A stretch of DNA of 64,000 nucleotides from Promethearchaeia archaeon (GTDB taxonomy: Archaea > Asgardarchaeota > Lokiarchaeia > Sigyniarchaeales > SOKP01): contig JAHQWJ010000120.1 in the NCBI GenBank assembly GCA_029856125.1, forward strand, positions 256,758-320,757, given 5' to 3'. Made by a program: the position numbers and the translations under genes. The notes beneath the pieces are model-generated. The model saw only the letters and a list, made by a program, of their open reading frames with translations, ran no database searches and was not told the DNA's origin. The number at the start of each line of letters is the position of its first letter. The stretch's first letter is position 1. Shown one piece after another: positions 61,288-64,000 of the stretch.

Positions 61288-62058
61288 GTGAGTAAAATGG
61301 AAGAAAAAAGAGTTTTAATCCCTTCCGGGAATGATAAAAAACTCCATGGCGTCATATATTTTGCTTTAGATGAAAACCCTTTAGACAGACCACCTATTCT
61401 AATAATGTGTCATGGATTTACAGGCGATAAATACGAATGGGGGCGCTTTCCAAAAACAGCGAAAGTTTTAAATAAAGAAGGTTATGACGTGCTTATTTTT
61501 GATTTTTCTGGCTCTGGTGAAAATAAAAGAGAACCTGTAAATTTATCAAAACAAGCCTCTGATATAGAAAACGTTTACGAATGGGTAAAAAATCAAGGGT
61601 ATTTAAAAATAGGCGTATTGGGCCTTTCTTTTGGTGGTCAGACTGTATTAAAGGCAAGTTTACCTGGAATAATAACTTATGTATTTTGGGCTCCCCTTTT
61701 ACTGCTTCATACGACAGGAGACCAGGCTGATTGGTTTAAGGATATAGCTAAGAGCCCTGTAGAAATCCCCTCATCAGGAGAATTTGAGCCTATTATAATT
61801 GACATGAGTTTTGTGACAGATATGGGACAATTCCGAGTAAAACCTGCGTTAAAGAAATTATTTCCTCCTACCCTCATAGTTCAAGGTACTAAGGACGATA
61901 AAGTCCCTTTGGAGTTGACTAAGAAAGCATTCAGTATGATGCCTCAAGATGACAATCATAAATTAGTAGAAGTTCAAAACGCAACTCACGATTTTAAAGA
62001 AATACACTTACAAGAATTTATTAGGGAAACTGTAAATTGGTTGAAAAATTATTTCTGA
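61288..62058 (+). CDS. Alpha/beta hydrolase
   Basis: CHGFTG, FDFSGSGE, GLSFGG, QGTKDDKVP, ATHDF. Confidence 0.92.
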   Translation: MSKMEEKRVLIPSGNDKKLHGVIYFALDENPLDRPPILIMCHGFTGDKYEWGRFPKTAKVLNKEGYDVLIFDFSGSGENKREPVNLSKQASDIENVYEWVKNQGYLKIGVLGLSFGGQTVLKASLPGIITYVFWAPLLLLHTTGDQADWFKDIAKSPVEIPSSGEFEPIIIDMSFVTDMGQFRVKPALKKLFPPTLIVQGTKDDKVPLELTKKAFSMMPQDDNHKLVEVQNATHDFKEIHLQEFIRETVNWLKNYF

Positions 62059-62067
62059 AAAAAAAAA

Positions 62068-64000
62068 TTATTTAATTTTACTCCTTATTACATTTGGAGG
62101 GTCTAATTTTAACATTTTAAAATTATCTAACAAATTTTCGAAACATTTATCAGTTATAACAAATTTACCCGGTGCTTTGGTTAGTATCTGAGAGTTAGAG
62201 ACTTTTTCAGTATGGTTAAGTAACATTTTTCCATAGTAATTATTTGATAGTTCATGAATATCGTAAGATGTGTCGTTAATTTTGTGTATTTTGCAATTTA
62301 CGAGTTCTTGCTTCAACATGTAAATTACTTTAACAGACCATTTTTTAAATGTAGGGAATTTTTTCAGCGATTTTATATCGATTAACTCCAACTGATTACG
62401 CTTAATTAATTCGCTTAGTTTCAATGATACAAATTTCTTAAAATCTAACTTTAATTCTTGTAACGACTGTTTTATTAGGGAATTACTTTTAAATCCGGTT
62501 AGGTACGATGGATCTGTGAAAATTTTTGAATGCCGTTCGAAACCGATTATTCTCAATACTTTTTTTTTGTAATTTGGTTTCTGTATTATTTTTAAGTAAG
62601 TTTTGTTTAGTTCGTTTAGAATTTTCCTTTGAATGAAGTTACTAAAATATTTCCTTACGCTTTCTTTTTTTGGTAAAAAACTTTTTTTAAACCTTTCATC
62701 TATTTTATCGTAGGCGTCTAACTCGTCAATTTGGTATTCTTTTAATTCGGTTATGATCTCGAAGGGGATATATGTTGAGACAAATTCTATTCCTTCCCAT
62801 ACGAGTTCTATTGCAGTTTTTATGTTAATCCTTCTTAAGGGTCTTATAATTTTAATGTTTCCTGCTTTAATTGCGATTGGGGTTGTTTTACACAAAATTA
62901 AATCAAAAGGTTTAATTTCGTGCGTTAAAGGATGATTGCTATCTGGAATCAGGAATCCGTCCGAAAATTGACAAATATAACTTCCTAATATAGGCTTTTG
63001 GGCTAAATCCCACTCAATTAACATAAAATTCTCTAATTCTTTAAGATTCACCTCAAAGTCTAGGTCAATAACTTTGTCGGTATACACAGTATTTTTTATT
63101 TTTGGATTTTCACTTCCCCAGAATTTTTTTACTGGATTTCTAACGGGGTTATTTCCATCAAATATTTCATTAAACACCGGGTAGTTTTCTACGAAATAAC
63201 TTTGTTCAAGATACTCTAAGTGGTGTCTTTCGAGGCCGCACTTTTCTAAAATGTAATAATACAACGGTATTTCAGACCGAGAAGAAGAAGCCCAAATTAG
63301 CGTAGGATAATTGTATCTAAAATTAAATTTCATTTGTTTGAGTTTATCTGATTGCGTGTTCGCAATGACTAACGACCTTAGAAAACCGTGTTTTTGCTTA
63401 AGCCCCTCTAAATATAAATCCCTTAACTTTTCCTTGTAGACACCGATCTGTGAATAGATTTCGCTATTATTTTTAAAATTGCAATTTCTCGCAATAACTA
63501 AATAGCCATCCATGTTATCTTCTGATTCCATATTTAAAATTGCTTCGTTAACGCTTTCTAACATCAATTCTGCGATTTGCTCCTTCAAATCTAACTTCGA
63601 ACTCGTGGGAAGTTCCTTAAAAAAATCGTCTAAATATAATTCAGGGGCAAACTTATGAAGTAATAGATATCTAAGAACTGGATTTTCCACAGCATATACC
63701 TCGATTTTTTTAAGAGTCTCAATAACAAGGTTTTTAGGGAAATCGAGTAAAAAATTTTGTAAGTCGAGAATTGAGTCGATTTTTCTGAATACTTCATAAT
63801 CCACAATACTATTAAAGAGCAAGCTTATAAACTTAGGATAATCAGTAATGTAATCTCTTACTTCCTTGAATCTTACCGCGTATTTTATGAATTGGTCGTT
63901 TAACTTGTATTTAAGAGAAATTTCTGCGATCTTCTTAATATATTCTAGATTATTAGATTCCTTATGAGCTTGGTCTAAAAAATTTATTGCCTCATAATAT
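62068..64000 (-). CDS. Large hypothetical protein, 5' end beyond the window
   Basis: The frame of track ORF 62068-63822 stays open to the right edge (YYEAINFLDQAHKES...). Confidence 0.75.
   Translation of the reverse strand, partial: YYEAINFLDQAHKESNNLEYIKKIAEISLKYKLNDQFIKYAVRFKEVRDYITDYPKFISLLFNSIVDYEVFRKIDSILDLQNFLLDFPKNLVIETLKKIEVYAVENPVLRYLLLHKFAPELYLDDFFKELPTSSKLDLKEQIAELMLESVNEAILNMESEDNMDGYLVIARNCNFKNNSEIYSQIGVYKEKLRDLYLEGLKQKHGFLRSLVIANTQSDKLKQMKFNFRYNYPTLIWASSSRSEIPLYYYILEKCGLERHHLEYLEQSYFVENYPVFNEIFDGNNPVRNPVKKFWGSENPKIKNTVYTDKVIDLDFEVNLKELENFMLIEWDLAQKPILGSYICQFSDGFLIPDSNHPLTHEIKPFDLILCKTTPIAIKAGNIKIIRPLRRINIKTAIELVWEGIEFVSTYIPFEIITELKEYQIDELDAYDKIDERFKKSFLPKKESVRKYFSNFIQRKILNELNKTYLKIIQKPNYKKKVLRIIGFERHSKIFTDPSYLTGFKSNSLIKQSLQELKLDFKKFVSLKLSELIKRNQLELIDIKSLKKFPTFKKWSVKVIYMLKQELVNCKIHKINDTSYDIHELSNNYYGKMLLNHTEKVSNSQILTKAPGKFVITDKCFENLLDNFKMLKLDPPNVIRSKIK

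Noticed and set aside
2572-62935. Remaining short track ORFs antisense to or nested in long genes
   Set aside because: They fully overlap well-supported CDSs and show no motifs.

Overview
AT-rich archaeal window, almost certainly from an Asgard archaeon of the Lokiarchaeia/Promethearchaeota type. This call rests on the archaeal ribosomal proteins eS1 (S3Ae) and uS15, longin/roadblock proteins, a gelsolin-domain protein, and TPR/LRR proteins with Loki-type N-terminal domains. The left half holds housekeeping genes (rubrerythrin, radical SAM, sirtuin, GlmU, rps3ae, rps15, RdgB) and a ~16 kb operon: MacB/LolD-type ABC ATPase, two double-FtsX permeases, a large anchored Ig-like protein and a membrane-anchored subtilisin with a cytoplasmic zinc-ribbon tail. 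RNase III, a truncated TFS-like protein, two GDPD paralogues, an acyl-CoA synthetase, MFS transporters, GNATs and hydrolases follow. The most striking unexplained structure lies at 52.6-57.6 kb. Three micro-ORFs (22, 23, 26 aa) missed by the ORF track each have a GAGGT Shine-Dalgarno, a repeated A/C-rich leader, a G-[FY]-[NI]...[KR]F motif and a downstream T-tract. They follow a 95-aa ORF and are transcribed divergently from a tandem-wHTH + TPR protein, across overlapping GAAGTTC/GAACTTC palindromes. A convergent LRR + wHTH gene on the other side shares a 44-nt identical recognition-helix segment with the TPR regulator. The layout resembles an RRNPP-style peptide/TPR-regulator circuit; that function is inferred, not shown. 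Other notable items are 64-bp direct repeats flanking orphan genes, a degenerate GIY-YIG-like domain in a 1117-aa protein, a gelsolin + SAP/HeH fusion and probable ATA/ATT start codons. No rRNA, tRNA, CRISPR array or transposase was recognised. Domain calls are from motif reading only; no searches were run.
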